Shown here: piece by piece, positions 49,550-63,192 of the stretch
Layout: each line of letters starts with the position of its first letter
Numbering within the stretch: the first letter of the stretch is position 1
Assembly (NCBI RefSeq): GCF_030936135.1
Contig: NC_082627.1
Location: 205,172 to 269,171, forward strand
Length of the DNA stretch: 64,000 nt
Direction: 5' to 3'
Source: Gavia stellata
Taxonomy: Eukaryota
The notes under the pieces: generated by a model
The model's input: only the letters and a program-made list of their open reading frames with translations
What the model was told of the DNA's origin: nothing
Databases searched by the model: none
Position numbers and translations under genes: made by a program

Positions 49550-50300
49550 CAGGTTTTCTTATCGCGTCCCGTCGCGGCGTCACCTGTAAAAAGCACCAAC
49601 AAAACGTCGGTGGTGGTGGTGTCAGCTCGGGGGCCTTCCGTGCCCGGGGCTGACTCGGCCAACTCCGCAGCAGCCAGCGCCTGTGTGACACAGACCTTTC
49701 TCCGTCCACCCTGACCGCCGGCACATCGCCCGCCTCGCTTCCCGGCCTGGCAAAACCCTCTCCGGGGAAACCCCGCAACCAGGCCGAGGCGAACCACCAG
49801 CTCGCCGCTGACCGCCCCGACCAGTCGGAGGCCGAGACTCTGCCGATCACTCCGCCGCCGCCGCCCCCCTCCCCTCCTTCCCACGGGCGTCTCGTGGGGG
49901 CCTGCCGCCGCCAGGCCCGGCCCAAGCAGGCTCAGCCGCCGTGCCATTTCCCACCGCACCGCTGGATCTGGAGTGAGTGGGGCCGCAGCCCCCGCGGCGG
50001 GGCCGGGCCCTTTCCCCGCCACGCGGCGCGCAGCACCCACCTCCCCCGCCGCCCGCACCGGAAAGAGCGTCAGCTTCCGGGGCGGGGCATGAAATAGTTC
50101 TGTGCAGGACCCCGCTATAGCTGCCCGGCGTTCGCCTGACCCGCCCTGGCGCACTGAGGTGGCGCCGCGGCCGTGCAGCGCCCGGCGGTCAGGAGGACGC
50201 CCTGCGGCGGGGAAGGACCCCGCCCCGGCGGCGGGTGTCCAGGGGGGGTTGTGTGGAGAGCCCGGTCCTAGAGCTCAGCCCCGGAGGTGGTGAGGGCAAC
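49550..50300 (-). promoter_or_regulatory. RABGGTB: CpG island, probable RABGGTB promoter
   Basis: Extreme GC and CpG density with GC boxes (ggggcgggg). It lies just upstream, in minus sense, of the candidate first exon. The RABGGTB exons and the 3' end of ACADM flank it, as at the human ACADM-RABGGTB locus. Confidence 0.6.
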
Positions 50301-52393
50301 TGCGCTTCCCTCAGAAATAAACCCCTTCCCTTCCTCTTTAGAACTGGGTACTCTGATGCGCTGTTAATTACTAGCGTTGGAGTCTGGCCTGCGTGATCCG
50401 TGCCGGGCGGGAACACCGTTTCGAGACTATAAATATAAAAAACACAGACGATGCTGGCTGGCATAGAGCATAAGGTCTCTTCTTCGGGGTGGGTGGGTGT
50501 TTTGGGGGGGTCTGGGGGCTTATGGGGCGCCTTGGGTGTTTGGAGGGGTTTTGAGGCCGCTCCAGGCCTCACCAGCGCTGAGCGATTTCCCCAAGAAGTG
50601 GGGGGAAGGTGCGTTCTGCCAGCGCTGAAGGAAGGGCCTATCCAGGTAAAAAGAAAACCTCACAAAAATTCCTCCTTCTCAGCTGTTCTTGCTGCAAATG
50701 TACTTAAGTGTATAACTGATGGAAAGGAATAATGGGTTTAAATGCATTTGAAATAAACATGATGCTGTAAGTCATTCTTAAGGAAAAGCTACACACTTGA
50801 ATCATCCTAATTGAACGTTTACTTGCTTAGGAAGTGTAGTAGTGAAAGAGGCCACGCTGTCTGAAGCGGATATTCTGTTCCTGCTGGACAGTATCTAAAT
50901 CCTTAAGACAGACGCACATGCAGACAACAGCAGCGCAGGCCTTGGGCTGGAAGGGCCGTGCAGCTGCTGAGTGCTGTATCATGGCGAGAACCACAGTTAC
51001 AGCTGTAACGTACTTCAGACAGCGGACGACTTACCTGAAATACAATTTAAATGACGTGACAAGCAAAGCAAATAAAAGCAACCACACTTCTTCGCTTGTA
51101 AATAGGTTTTCATTAGAATGCAGCAATGCCTGTCAGAAATAATTAAAATTAGATGATCAAAATGTTCAGTGAAAAAACAATGTGTTGTCAGGTTCCCATT
51201 TCTTGCCCCTTATTGTATGTGGGCTTTTGGGGTAATATCCAAGTTTAGAACAGCGTTGTTGTAACTGAAAAAAAGGCAGCTTCCTACAGGTTCTTTCACA
51301 TGAGATCAGTTCAAATGAAAACATGTATAAAATTGAATGATAATACTTTTGTCCCACTATGACAAAAACACATATGTGTATTTCTCAAGAGCTGTACTTA
51401 ACACTCATCCATAAAGAAGTCGTCTTGCTTAAGGCACAAGAAAATAAACATTTTCTTCATAAATGTTACAGGTTTCTTTGAGGCACAGAGATAAACGCAT
51501 TGAATGACAATTTCTGCCTGCTTGAATCAAGTGAATAAGATGGTTAAGTCACAGAAAAGAAACCCTATTATGCTACATCTTTTGAAAGCAAAAACTAGTT
51601 TTTGTTCGTGCTGACTCACGGATGAGTGTAAAATATAGATAATCTGCAAGTAGTAATCCAGGCACCATTTGAGAAAAATAGCACCTCTCCGTGTAGTATT
51701 TTATGAGCATGTATGTTTCTGAAAGGTCCAGGAGTCAATATGTATTCCCTTTCAATTTTTTTAAAAGATGCAAGATTCTAAAGGCCACAAAACCACAGTG
51801 TTAGCATCTTTATTTGAGCAAGTGGTAACCTAGAGACCATGTGCTGCAACACGGTATTCCTGAGGAAACAGAATTGCTTTTTTAAATTTCCCTGAGATTT
51901 GTTATTTTGATATCCACCCAAACTCCAGTGCTAAAACAGTGGGAGCAAATCTGTGTCATTATAGACAATACAGAAACGCCTGAAAACCAATTCCGTGTTA
52001 CATGCTGAATGCCTTCACAGACCAAAAAAAAATTTAAAAATCTGAATTTTGTTCACTTTTTTGATCATATCAATTTTACAGGACGGTGTTTACCTCTTCT
52101 CCCACCAAAAGCCAAAGATTTGAGTGAAAGAGAGCGAGTGGGGAAAGACAACAGCCAATCACATTGGAATTCAGAAAAGTTTAGAAAACACCAAGTTTGT
52201 TAGTCAGAAGGAATGAAGTGAGGGAATGGATGGGGAGTACAGAAGTAGTGCTTAATCGTGTATGCAATAAAAAGATTTCGAAGGAAAAGGGTTTTTTCCA
52301 CACCTTTCTAACTGTATTGAGAAATGCACTAAAATCCTCTTCCATGAGAGCACAGAACACTGCAGCAGCACCAGACGTGCTTGATACGTTTCT

Positions 52394-52465
52394 TTAAGCC
52401 TTATATTTGCCAACGTGTTCACGAGCTATGATCATCCTTTGAATCTGAGCAGTTCCCTCATAAAT
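52394..52465 (-). CDS. ACADM: ACADM terminal coding exon ([23 protein letters not shown], then TAA)
   Basis: Acceptor cttttcag|ATT on the minus strand. Matches human [23 protein letters not shown]. Confidence 0.9.
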   Translation of the reverse strand: MYEGTAQIQRMIIAREHVGKYKA

Positions 52466-55332
52466 CTGAAAAGAAGAATGGCAATAACGTTAGCTGATCA
52501 TTTTTTAACATATTTTAACAGATCTTTCTACGCATGTAAACCTTCACAGCACTAATCCAGTGTGGATTAGGATGTGCAGAAAGACAGAGAAAACTGAAAA
52601 AATTCCAGTGTGACTTGAGTAACTACAGTGGGCTAAATGCAATAAAGCACATACAAGATATTGAGAGACAGTCTTGTTCTCTTAGATGCTCACATCAAAA
52701 CTCAGTAAGGTTCTCATGAAATTAACAGACACAGTGGGTGAAGAAGGAGGGGGAAATGTCTTATCTGGGGAAGAAAATATGTAATTTAGGTTTTACGAAG
52801 TAGGCTTTGAAACAGTGGGTGGAGGGGAGGAGGTGGCCTATGCTGGAAGTGTTGTATTTTCTTTGACTAGCCTTTTGAGGCCATAGCAAGTGTTCCCTTT
52901 CATCCATTTATTCCCTTCAACACACTATTTCCTTTCTTTTTTCTTTTTTTTTTTTTTTCTTTATTTTACCCACATATTCTTGCATTTTCCTCTAGAAACA
53001 TTCTGCATCTTACCTCTGTTCTGTTTGGCTTGCTGGCAGCAAAGCCAGAGATACACAGCAAAACACCTATGTAGGTCTAACGCAGAAAGAAGGCCATATA
53101 CTCCACAGGCACAGTGCAACGTGATTTGAGGGCAATATAGTGTAGGGGTACAAGTGTTTCAGCTCCCAGTTCTGCCAAAACTTGCTTTGGCAAATTGCTC
53201 AAACACATACAAATTCACTTTCTCTGTAGTCATAAAATAGGGAAAATCTTCCCAAAAACCTTACAAAGCTGTTCAAAAATACAGGCACTATAACCTGTGG
53301 TCATGTAAGTTTTTTTGATTCAGAGGCAACCGTTCATTCTCAAAGTGGATTCTCCGACTGCTGCTGCTTACCCCGTATAGATCCAGCCCATGGAGCAGAC
53401 TTCGCTTTGTCAATACTAGGTGCCCTCTGGAGTAAACAGCACTGGAATCTCTCCTCTCTACCTACACCCAACACCCTCCAAACCCTAACGAAGACGTCAT
53501 GGTCCAAGCCTACAGCTGGACCCTTACAACGATGCGCATAGTGGGGTCATTCAGCCCAAACAGGCCTGCCGTGAACTCGGCCTCCCCCAGCCACCTGCGG
53601 TAGATGCGGGGGCCTTGGCAGCTCCTCCTGCCTTCTGCCCCTCTGTTTCTGCTGCACTAAATGACTTGCTGATGAAGACAGCCATGAAACTCATGTGTAA
53701 GGACAAGCCACAGTTTTCTGAAGTAACCACGAGAAAGCTTTTGGTTTGTAAGCCAACGGGAGCAGTTTCAAGAATCCTTGACGATTCAAGAAGGGAAGTT
53801 TTCGAATTTGAGAAACTAAGTTACCAGTTTCTGTCATAGTAGCCTGGATTTGTAGCCAGATAGAAACCCAGAGCAAAGTGTGAACATATAAGAATGTTAC
53901 CAGTAAACAGAGTAGCAGAATCGTGTCATACTGAGAAATACCAAACATGTGGAACAAAAGAACAGGTGGAAAACAAAGTTTCTGTACGTGAAACGTAAGG
54001 CCAAGAGCATATACCACCTGGAATTGGGCAGTAATACAGTGAAGCGTAACCAGAGACATGGATGAAGTAATTATAAAGAGAAGAGCCTTTCCTGTATTCT
54101 TTTGGGGATGAAGGGGAGCAGAAAAACACCAAAAATGTAATACTAAATCAGATTAATTTGAGCAATTTAAAAAAAAAAGTCTACCTAGCCCCGCATTCGT
54201 GATGGATCAGTGTAATGGAAAATCTAAATAACTGGGATCCTGTAAAATCAATCATCTCAACTGTCAAATAAACTGCTAACCCTCCCACCCTCTTTCTCTA
54301 GAAACACATGGAACCTGACAGGAAAAAGGCCGAATTATAACAAAGTTCAACTACTCATTCATTTCCTCGCTTGCAGGAGTGCAATTCATACTAAGAACCT
54401 TTAGATTCCAAGACAGCAGTTTTCTGTCCTTAGACTGAGAAAAATTCTTGGCTGGTAAGAATACTTTTAATTTTAAAGTCTGCTGTAAGAGAAATTTAAA
54501 CTACCTAGAATTTTAAGAATGACAGCTCTTATATCCAACATTACAGGTCACGGTAAGCATGCATTTCTTGATATCATCTCTTCCGATATGTTTTATCTAG
54601 TCATTATTAATGTCAGCAAGAGGTGACAAGATAAAGATTACTGGGTTTCCTGAACATAATTAAGTCATTCTTGCTGAATAAAGAACTGTAGCGTAGTATA
54701 TGCTAAGAGAAGAATTATCACATGGAAAAATTTCTTGGTAATAATACTGCAGAAAAAGATCTGAAGATTATAGGTGACTACGGGCTAAACACGAGTAAAT
54801 ATAAGCATGTTCTGTTGTTGTTGTTTTCTTTTTTTTTTTTTTTAAAACAAAAGACTAATCACTCCAGGTTGTGTCACGCTTCTGTTAACACAACATATGC
54901 AAGTTAATTAATCCATGATACTCAGTGCTGGTGATATGTCAGCTGAAGTAATCTGCCCAGCTTATGACACCAAAGTTTCAGACAGAAGGTTTAGAGCAAG
55001 AAGCGAAGGAGAGAACAGCGTTATACGCAAACCATCTCTACTTACAGAATACCCAAGCAAGCATTGGTATTTTGATCAGTGTGGTTTTTTCTGAGAGTTC
55101 AAAAGCTTCAATGAAGAGTCCAAGAATTTCAAAGAGCTACCTCATCAGAAAAACAAAACACCACCACTGACTTTACGTCTCTTTTGTAGGTTAAGTTGTT
55201 GTTAAGAGTTTTGTATGCAAGAATTTGCCTGATTTGAATGCCCTTTCTTTAAAGGGAAGGATTATTGCTGTCACACTCAAAACTTTTTTTGTATGTGCAC
55301 ATCATGATTTCAAATAAGTAGCCCTTAGTTTA

Positions 55333-55635
<303 letters not shown>

Positions 55636-56329
55636 CTATGAAAGATGAAATAGCCTGGGTTAACATTGCCTGCTTAAAATTCTGTGACATCTAAGAAGAA
55701 CACAGTCTTCTTAATTTCTTAATTTGTGACTTCAACACACTCAGGAAATTGCACTTGAGGAGTGCTACAGAATTTGGATCAGGTTTTCATAACCATATGT
55801 TGAATTAGACTTTTAGGTTTTTAATTGTGAAATCCACTTACTCACAGTGATTAAGTATTGAATTATGAAGTTGTGCTTTACTTCTTATGAGATCTGTATT
55901 TAGTTTGATGTTTACTGAGATTTCTTTAAGCATAGTAAGCAGTGTGATTGGCAACATATTCTATTAGTATTAATACTTGCAAGTCTTGTTTCACGTACCT
56001 CAGGGAGGTATTTTCCTTCCCCGAAAATCCCTGTTTATTAGAATTGAAGAACTTAAGTACGTCCTGATTGTATGTGAGTTTCAGGGTTTGGGGCAGTGTT
56101 TTCTTTGTGATTTTACTACTATCATCAACAAGTTCTTGAAGAATCACAGGAGTTACTGTATAGCTAGATTTACTTAGATAGTGCTGACCTATATACTTGA
56201 AGAGCCAAGCAACGGCAGAGATATAACAAATTACACATCCTAAATATCAAGGAACAACCTTGAAAATTCACTAGTAGTGCACCTGGTATGAAAACACAGC
56301 TTTTTGATATATTTATTTTTATATATTTA

Positions 56330-56485
<156 letters not shown>

Positions 56486-56507
56486 CTAACTTATTTCTGA
56501 TACTTAC

Positions 56508-56648
56508 GGGTGGTCTGGTCTTATCAAAAGCTCCCATTGCAATTTTAAAGCCAGCTCCCTCAGCTATTAATACATTTTCTTTTGGAACTCTCACATCTTC
56601 AAAGACAATACCTCTTGTATCAGAGCAACGCTGACCCATATTCATCTC
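56508..56648 (-). CDS. ACADM: ACADM exon 9 ([47 protein letters not shown])
   Basis: Acceptor ttttcag|GAG and donor CCC|gtaagt. Matches human [47 protein letters not shown]. Confidence 0.95.
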
Positions 56649-57539
56649 CTGAAAAGGGAATTTTACAGAGGTGCAACTAAGTTGGATTCTTCCAAGGTAC
56701 AACACATTTTCATTCTTTAGTTTACTCAAAGCATAAAAAAAGCTTTTCTTTTCCCTCCAAACACTTTAGTTTTACCTAAAAATCACCATATACACAACAA
56801 ATACTAGTTTTGCATTTACAGACCAGTATGCCCTTAATTTGTCAAAGCTGGGCAGTTTACTTCCTCCATATGTGAAATTAATTCTGTAGCTGTAATCACT
56901 CATTTGTCTTTTTCTAGTTCAATTATATCCTTTGAGATGGGAGAGGAAAAAGTCAAGAACCTATAATGCAGGCAGAAGTAAAATATGGCTGTACTACAAA
57001 CAAACAAATAAATAAATGAGATTTTCAAGTTTTCCAATTCCTTTCCTAATGTTCAATGTCCAATTTTACCTGCTACTGAAAATAGTACTTCCTTTGGTTT
57101 GGGTTTTTTTGTTTGGTTGGGTTTTTTTTTCCCAAAAAAGACAACTATCCTTGAGCAGAGTAGCTAAAATGAAAGCACACCGTGTGTTTATGGTTAAAGT
57201 TGTCCACCTTGCTTCTTACACTTCTAAGGCATGCTACTTCACATTAATTGGAGCTTGTCAATTAAACGGTTCTCAAAGATTCTTTTGCAGCTGTGCACAG
57301 TCATCTTACATTAGACCATCCTGAATAATTCCTTATCTGAATTAATAAAATCATAATTATCAAGTAAGTCTTAATAATAGTTTCTGTATGCTGTGAAAAT
57401 GAAGAGATCATTGTACATGAGCACACGAAAATGTTCAGTTGCTTAACAGTCTCTTTTCTTTAATGGCAATATGTTGCATTATTGGTTTAGAAGCGAGTAA
57501 TAATTCCTGGCTTGTCAAATTAAGAGATACGCTGTTCAC

Positions 57540-57648
57540 CTTTCTCCCAATTTGGATTCCAGGGCTATTTGCTTCCACAATGAATCCAGTAAAGGCTTTG
57601 CTTGCAGGAGCTTTTGGATCTGGGTTGGTACGAGCTAGCAAAAAATAC
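57540..57648 (-). CDS. ACADM: ACADM exon 8 ([36 protein letters not shown])
   Basis: Acceptor cactag|G and donor AAG|gtgaac. Matches human [37 protein letters not shown]. Confidence 0.95.
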
Positions 57649-58068
57649 CTAGTGTAAAACAAAGAAGAGGGGAGTCAGTTTATCCTCACAATTAACAATC
57701 AGGTACTTTTTTAGCTAACGTGTGAAATGTTTTTATGTGTTTGTACCGTGTAATAAATCTATCTGTAAGTTAACAGCCCTTTTTTCTTGGCCCTTCCAAA
57801 AATAAACTGGGAGGGGGTGAGGGAGGGGAAGTGTCAGTGCACTTCTTACTGCAAAAGTCAAGATTTAATAAAATTACTGCAGAACAGGATGCAAAGGTTC
57901 TCCATCATTTCCATGTATTGTACATCTTAATATTACAATCAGCTTCATGAATAGTACAAAAGAAACCTATTCACAGCACATACGTAAAAATTATTGCTTA
58001 GGAAATACAGTATTGCATGCAAAATGTTGTGTTATCCTCTTGATTTCAAATATCTTAATTTTATTCTT

Positions 58069-58510
58069 GTAAGTTTAAGTTGTAAGTTTAAGTTGTAAGT
58101 TTAAGTTGTAAGTTTAAGTTGTAAGTTTAAGTTGTAAGTTTAAGTTGTAAGTTTAAGTTGTAAGTTTAAGTTGTAAGTTTAAGTTGTAAGTTTAAGTTGT
58201 AAGTTTAAGTTGTAAGTTTAAGTTGTAAGTTTAAGTTGTAAGTTTAAGTTGTAAGTTTAAGTTGTAAGTTTAAGTTGTAAGTTTAAGTTGTAAGTTTAAG
58301 TTGTAAGTTTAAGTTGTAAGTTTAAGTTGTAAGTTTAAGTTGTAAGTTTAAGTTGTAAGTTTAAGTTGTAAGTTTAAGTTGTAAGTTTAAGTTGTAAGTT
58401 TAAGTTGTAAGTTTAAGTTGTAAGTTTAAGTTGTAAGTTTAAGTTGTAAGTTTAAGTTGTAAGTTTAAGTTGTAAGTTTAAGTTGTAAGTTTAAGTTGTA
58501 AGTATAAGTT
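58069..58510. repeat. 13-bp tandem array (GTAAGTTTAAGTT) of about 33 units in ACADM intron 7
   Basis: A near-perfect array gtaagtttaagttgtaagtttaagtt… is read directly. On the minus, ACADM-sense strand the unit reads AACTTAAACTTAC. Confidence 0.95.
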
Positions 58511-59272
58511 TTTTCTGTTAGAAATCGAACAGTTGTAAATCACATTTATGGCTTTCAGTAACATCAAAAGATAGCCAGTAGATTCTCTTTGATGGTTCTG
58601 CCTTGAACAAGGAAATAAATAATGAGAAAATTCAACTTTATACCTACATGTATAAAGTTTTTCCTCTTGAATTAAAAAGGATGTATGTGTTGGGATGAGC
58701 ATGATCTTATGTGAGACATGATGAAAGAGGTCTATATTGTAAAGCATGTTCCGTAGACACCACAGCAAAATCTAGATTCTTTGACACTTGGAAAATGCCT
58801 TGCCTTAAGAAATTAAAATGTAACACCACAATCCTAGAATTTTTCCATCTTCACTAAAAGCAAGATATGTTTCCAGTAGAATCAGAAGCAACTGAGCTGG
58901 ATCCCCACACCCCAAAGCAAGGTCCCTTGTAACATGAGCCTCTGGAGTACTTTGCACGTTAACTCCTACTGTTGCTGCCCCTCCCTGAAGAGAAAGAAGA
59001 ATTAATTTTGTTTGATAGCAGCAAAATTTGAGAGGCATTCTTGAATGGAGCTGCCGTGTCATCGCCCAGTTTCCTTTTTAGGCATTGCACAGCACTGAGA
59101 CTGCTTTCTTATGCCTTCTCTTGAAAAACTGTTCGCAGGTTGAAGTGCAGTGTGGCGAAACATAATGAACGTTCAGATTTGCAACAGAGCTTTAAAGAAA
59201 CACTGGTGCCTAACCTGGGGGGGATGGACAGGTCAGTTTAGAACAGAATAACAGAAAATGTAACATGAGTCA

Positions 59273-59416
<144 letters not shown>

Positions 59417-60216
59417 CTAAAAGAAAATAAAATGCAAAATCTCGAGCAATAAAATTCTGTTTTTAAGCAACCACAACTATTGGAGAATTATGTGCACCAA
59501 GCTGATCTGTAAAAGTTTTAAGTGAACTGCATGGAAAACCCAAAAATATTACAACCAAAAACTCCAACAACTCTCTGAGCGAGAATCCAAACATATAGAG
59601 TTAATTTTCCTTATAAATCCATAATAATACTTAAAATTGTCTTTTAGTTTAAATAAACAGAACCATTCTGTAACTTTTACTAAGTCATCGCTTAGTCATC
59701 ATGCTTCACAAACTCTGATATGAAAGCTGAGGATCTTTAAAATCTGAAAATAAAAGCACAGAGTAACATTCTGTGGTTACTGTGCTTTTCATTTTATGAG
59801 GCTTAGTTGTTCAGATTTTAACGCGTTGCACATGACTCTTTACTTCTCCCTATGTAACAAGCACTGCTTAGATAATATTTAAGACTCGTAAATGCAGTTT
59901 AATGCCCGTCTGAGTTGAGTTTGTGCTCATATAAACCTTGCATTTTTCTTAAACTCCTACACCTTCTTTTGAAAGTGAATTAAAAGGTGTTAATTTTCAG
60001 TAAGTGACTTAGGATGGTTTTCCAGGTAACGTCTCCTGATTGCTTGCTGAATACATCTAATTCAGTATTCCTTGACTTGCCATAAATGCCCACTGTTTAT
60101 TTACAAACTAAAACGGGCTAAGTTGTGAGCAGATATCGGTGTTTTAAACAAACAAATGAACAAAGCTGATTAATATGATTTACAAACAGTCTACAGCGTT
60201 CTTAGGATATACTTAC

Positions 60217-60297
60217 ACACATCATTGGTTCCTCTGTCATTCTTCCTAAGTATTTTTTCTGCTGCTGCTCATTTCCTGCAATGATTACTGGCATTTG
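60217..60297 (-). CDS. ACADM: ACADM exon 6 ([27 protein letters not shown])
   Basis: Acceptor ctttcag|CAA and donor TGT|gtaagt. Matches human [27 protein letters not shown]. Confidence 0.95.
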
Positions 60298-60383
60298 CTG
60301 AAAGAAAATATTTAGACCATTAATCCATCTTTTTAAAGGGCACAGAATCTAGTTTAAAGGAGGTAAGAAACAAAGGAACTTAC

Positions 60384-60484
60384 CCCTAGGGAGTTTGCCT
60401 CAATGGCAGTTTGAACCCCTGTACATCCATAAGCTAACTCTTCCGTAATAAGGCAGGCTTCAAAACTGCCAAGGCCAAGACCAC
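60384..60484 (-). CDS. ACADM: ACADM exon 5 ([33 protein letters not shown])
   Basis: Acceptor cggtag|GT and donor GGG|gtaagt. Matches human [34 protein letters not shown]. Confidence 0.95.
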
Positions 60485-62699
60485 CTACCGTTGAAATATT
60501 TGACTAAATTTAGTTTAAAGTGGAACATACTAGTGATGTACAAAAGTTACTTACCAAAAACATATTCCCCCACATACATTTGATTGTGCACTGTGTTTGA
60601 TTAGACATTCCCGTGCAAGATTTTTAAATAAAGTTCTGTCAGATTAGTAACAGGTGAGTTAAAAAGGACACTTCGCAGTTCCAGGGTGATTGTGTGCTTG
60701 ATGTGGGATAAGTTGCACAAAATGGCAAGAATACAACACTAGAACCTTTGGACTACTTTGCATCTGAGAATTTCCTTAAGAGATCTTAAGAAGCAGAGAA
60801 AGGGCCCCAAGGGCTCCTGAGCTACCACAGCACTTAGGAATAAAAAAAAAGTGTCCGTATCTGTCAGAAAACCAACCTAGTAACCTGTTTCTGACAGAAG
60901 CCAACACTTTGGAAAGCAAATAAAAATACAGTAACAATACAGCAACACTTCCTCAACGTATTTTCCCCAGCCTTCAGGTGACTTCCTCAGCCAAAAGCAT
61001 CTTTGGTATCTTTGTTAGCTAACCCTTGACAGACGTTTCTTCTCTGAATTTGCCCAGTCTCTTTTTGAACCTATGTACAGTTTTAACATCAATATCTCCA
61101 GGGGCAATGAGTTTCACAAATTAACTAGGCACTCTACTGAGCGTAGAACCATCTCCTTTCATTTATTCTGAACCCACTGTCTGCTGACTTCATTTGATGC
61201 CTTCTATTGTATTGAAGGGGACAATAAATCCCTTTTCACACACTCCACGACACTGGCATTTTAGGCGTTTCTCACACAGAAGCTGTTCTGTAACTTTTAT
61301 TATCTTTGCCACCTTTTTAGGAACCTCCTCTATTTCCCCAACACCCTTTTGAGCAAATTACAGAGGCAAGTGCAATTTGGATTTGAGAAGCAGCATAATT
61401 ATAGCTTCTGCTTTTTTCTTCATTCCCTTCTTAATTTCTGACCTTAAATTTATGGTTTTGACCACTTCTGGGCCTTATGCTGACATCTTCACAAAGCCAT
61501 ATATTATAACCCCCCCAAATATCTTTTCTTTTCAGAGGTAGCAACTTGTTCAGAAGACACCATTTTATCTGGGAAGTCTGGATTGCTTCTTTCCTTTCTT
61601 GTGTGCATAATTTTTCCTGTTTTGAATTTCATCTGCCATTTTAACAGTTACCCAGTTTCACGACCTTCTCCTATAGCTCTTCGCACCAGCCTCATCTTTT
61701 CTGTACTGAATAACTTGGTATTATCAGTAAACTCTATGACCTCACTATTAACATCCTTTTCCAGATTATTTCTAGATATCCCAAACAGCACAAGTGCCAG
61801 CAAGACCATGCTGCTGATTTTTCCGCTACGAAACCTGATTTTTCAAATCCATTTTGGAAGGTGGAGAATTTTATACCAACCAGGCATCCCTTGTTCACAC
61901 ACTTATTAGCTACTTCAGAGAACTCCAGTTATTTTTTGTGCCATGACTTCCTTTTACAAAAACCCTTCTCTAGCACATCATGTTTATGTGTGCCTACTCT
62001 ATCTGTACTTCATCTTATTTGCTCTTAGTTTACACGGTATATCAGGCTTACTGGTATGTGTTTTCCCAGCTTTCCCTTGGAGACCTTGTAAAGGAATGGT
62101 GTCCAATTTGTCACTTGGAAGTTTTAATTTAATAACTGAGTGATTACACATTGCAATAGTCCTGCTATTTCAGCCTTACATTTCCCTACAATTTGTGGCT
62201 GAATAAATGTTATCCCCACAATTTCTCCTTTTCTCTCTTTGTTCCTTAACATTTGACACAAGATATACCCTCTGATGAGTCTCAAAAAGAAAAAACAACC
62301 AGGTCTGCTATGGACATTTCCCCAACTTCTTTTTCAAGTAATATAAATACAAAAAAAAAGAAAATCTAAAATTTAACATTTTTCCTGTGGTTAGTTGTAC
62401 AATTGAGCACCGCCAAAGCACTGCTGTACTGCCCTCATCTAAACTGGAAAACTGTCCTTCTGGAATAAACTCTTAAATTGCTCCAGCCTGTGTCAGAGAC
62501 TAGATCAAAATACGACCTAATTTCTCTGCCTCATCAGCTGACACAGTGCACCAGGAGAACGTTAGGCAGTTGTAATCATGGTATAAAATCTGGTTGTAAA
62601 TTTCTAAATCGTGATCTAATTTGCTGCCTGATTACATCCACCCCTCGTAACACTTCTATGCATCAGCCTGCCTACTGTTTAAATTTAGAATATTCAAGT

Positions 62700-62815
62700 G
62701 GCATTGGGGGACGTGGTTTAGTGGGCACGGTGGTGTTGGGTTGACGGTTGGACTTGATGATCTTACAGGTCTTTTCCAACCTTAGTGATTCCGTGATTCT
62801 GATTCTGTGAAGTAT
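62700..62815 (+). mobile_element. CR1 3' tail fragment in ACADM intron 4
   Basis: ggcattgggggacgtggtttagtgggcacggtggtgttgggttgacggttggacttgatgatcttacaggtcttttccaaccttagtgattccgtgattctgattctgtg is the canonical CR1 3' end. Confidence 0.85.
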
Positions 62816-62916
62816 CCAATTGTTGATTTTATACAGAATCCATAATTACACATACGAATCTCCTCGAAGGCCTTTTCTTTGTTTTATTTTACAGATTAAA
62901 AAGAATGTTTACTTAC

Positions 62917-62986
62917 CACAGCTTTCTGGTATGTGTGAATTTATAAGACCAAGTTCCCAAGCTCGTTTTATGAGCGGAAGAGGATA
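62917..62986 (-). CDS. ACADM: ACADM exon 4 ([23 protein letters not shown]-)
   Basis: Acceptor tttcag|TAT and donor G|gtaagt. Matches human [24 protein letters not shown]. Confidence 0.92.
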
Positions 62987-63094
62987 CTGAAATAAACAGG
63001 GAGAATCACTTCTGATTCATCACAGTTAACATTTTCAATTTTACGCAGGTTGAGATAAAAATCCATTTTTTTCCCTACTGTATAGTAGATTTAC

Positions 63095-63192
63095 CTCTCC
63101 AGTTTTGTCATATTGTGCAGCAACAGGAATAATTTCCTCTACAGCAAATTTACGAGCAGTAGCTTGAAACTCTTTCTGTTCATCAGTAAGCT
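63095..63192 (-). CDS. ACADM: ACADM exon 3 ([32 protein letters not shown])
   Basis: Acceptor ttttaatag|AG and donor GAG|gtaaat. Matches human [32 protein letters not shown]. Confidence 0.92.

Noticed and set aside
49542-50154. Minus-strand ORFs of 201 and 127 aa across the RABGGTB CpG island
   Set aside because: GC-rich promoter artifact. The MARRLSLLGPG… stretch superficially resembles a mitochondrial presequence. It is in a different frame from the only ATG whose phase fits the downstream splice acceptor, and it has no homology to RABGGTB.
58069-58510. Regular short repeat array considered as a CRISPR-like structure
   Set aside because: Eukaryotic genome, no spacers (units are contiguous) and a 13-bp unit. 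It is a simple minisatellite.
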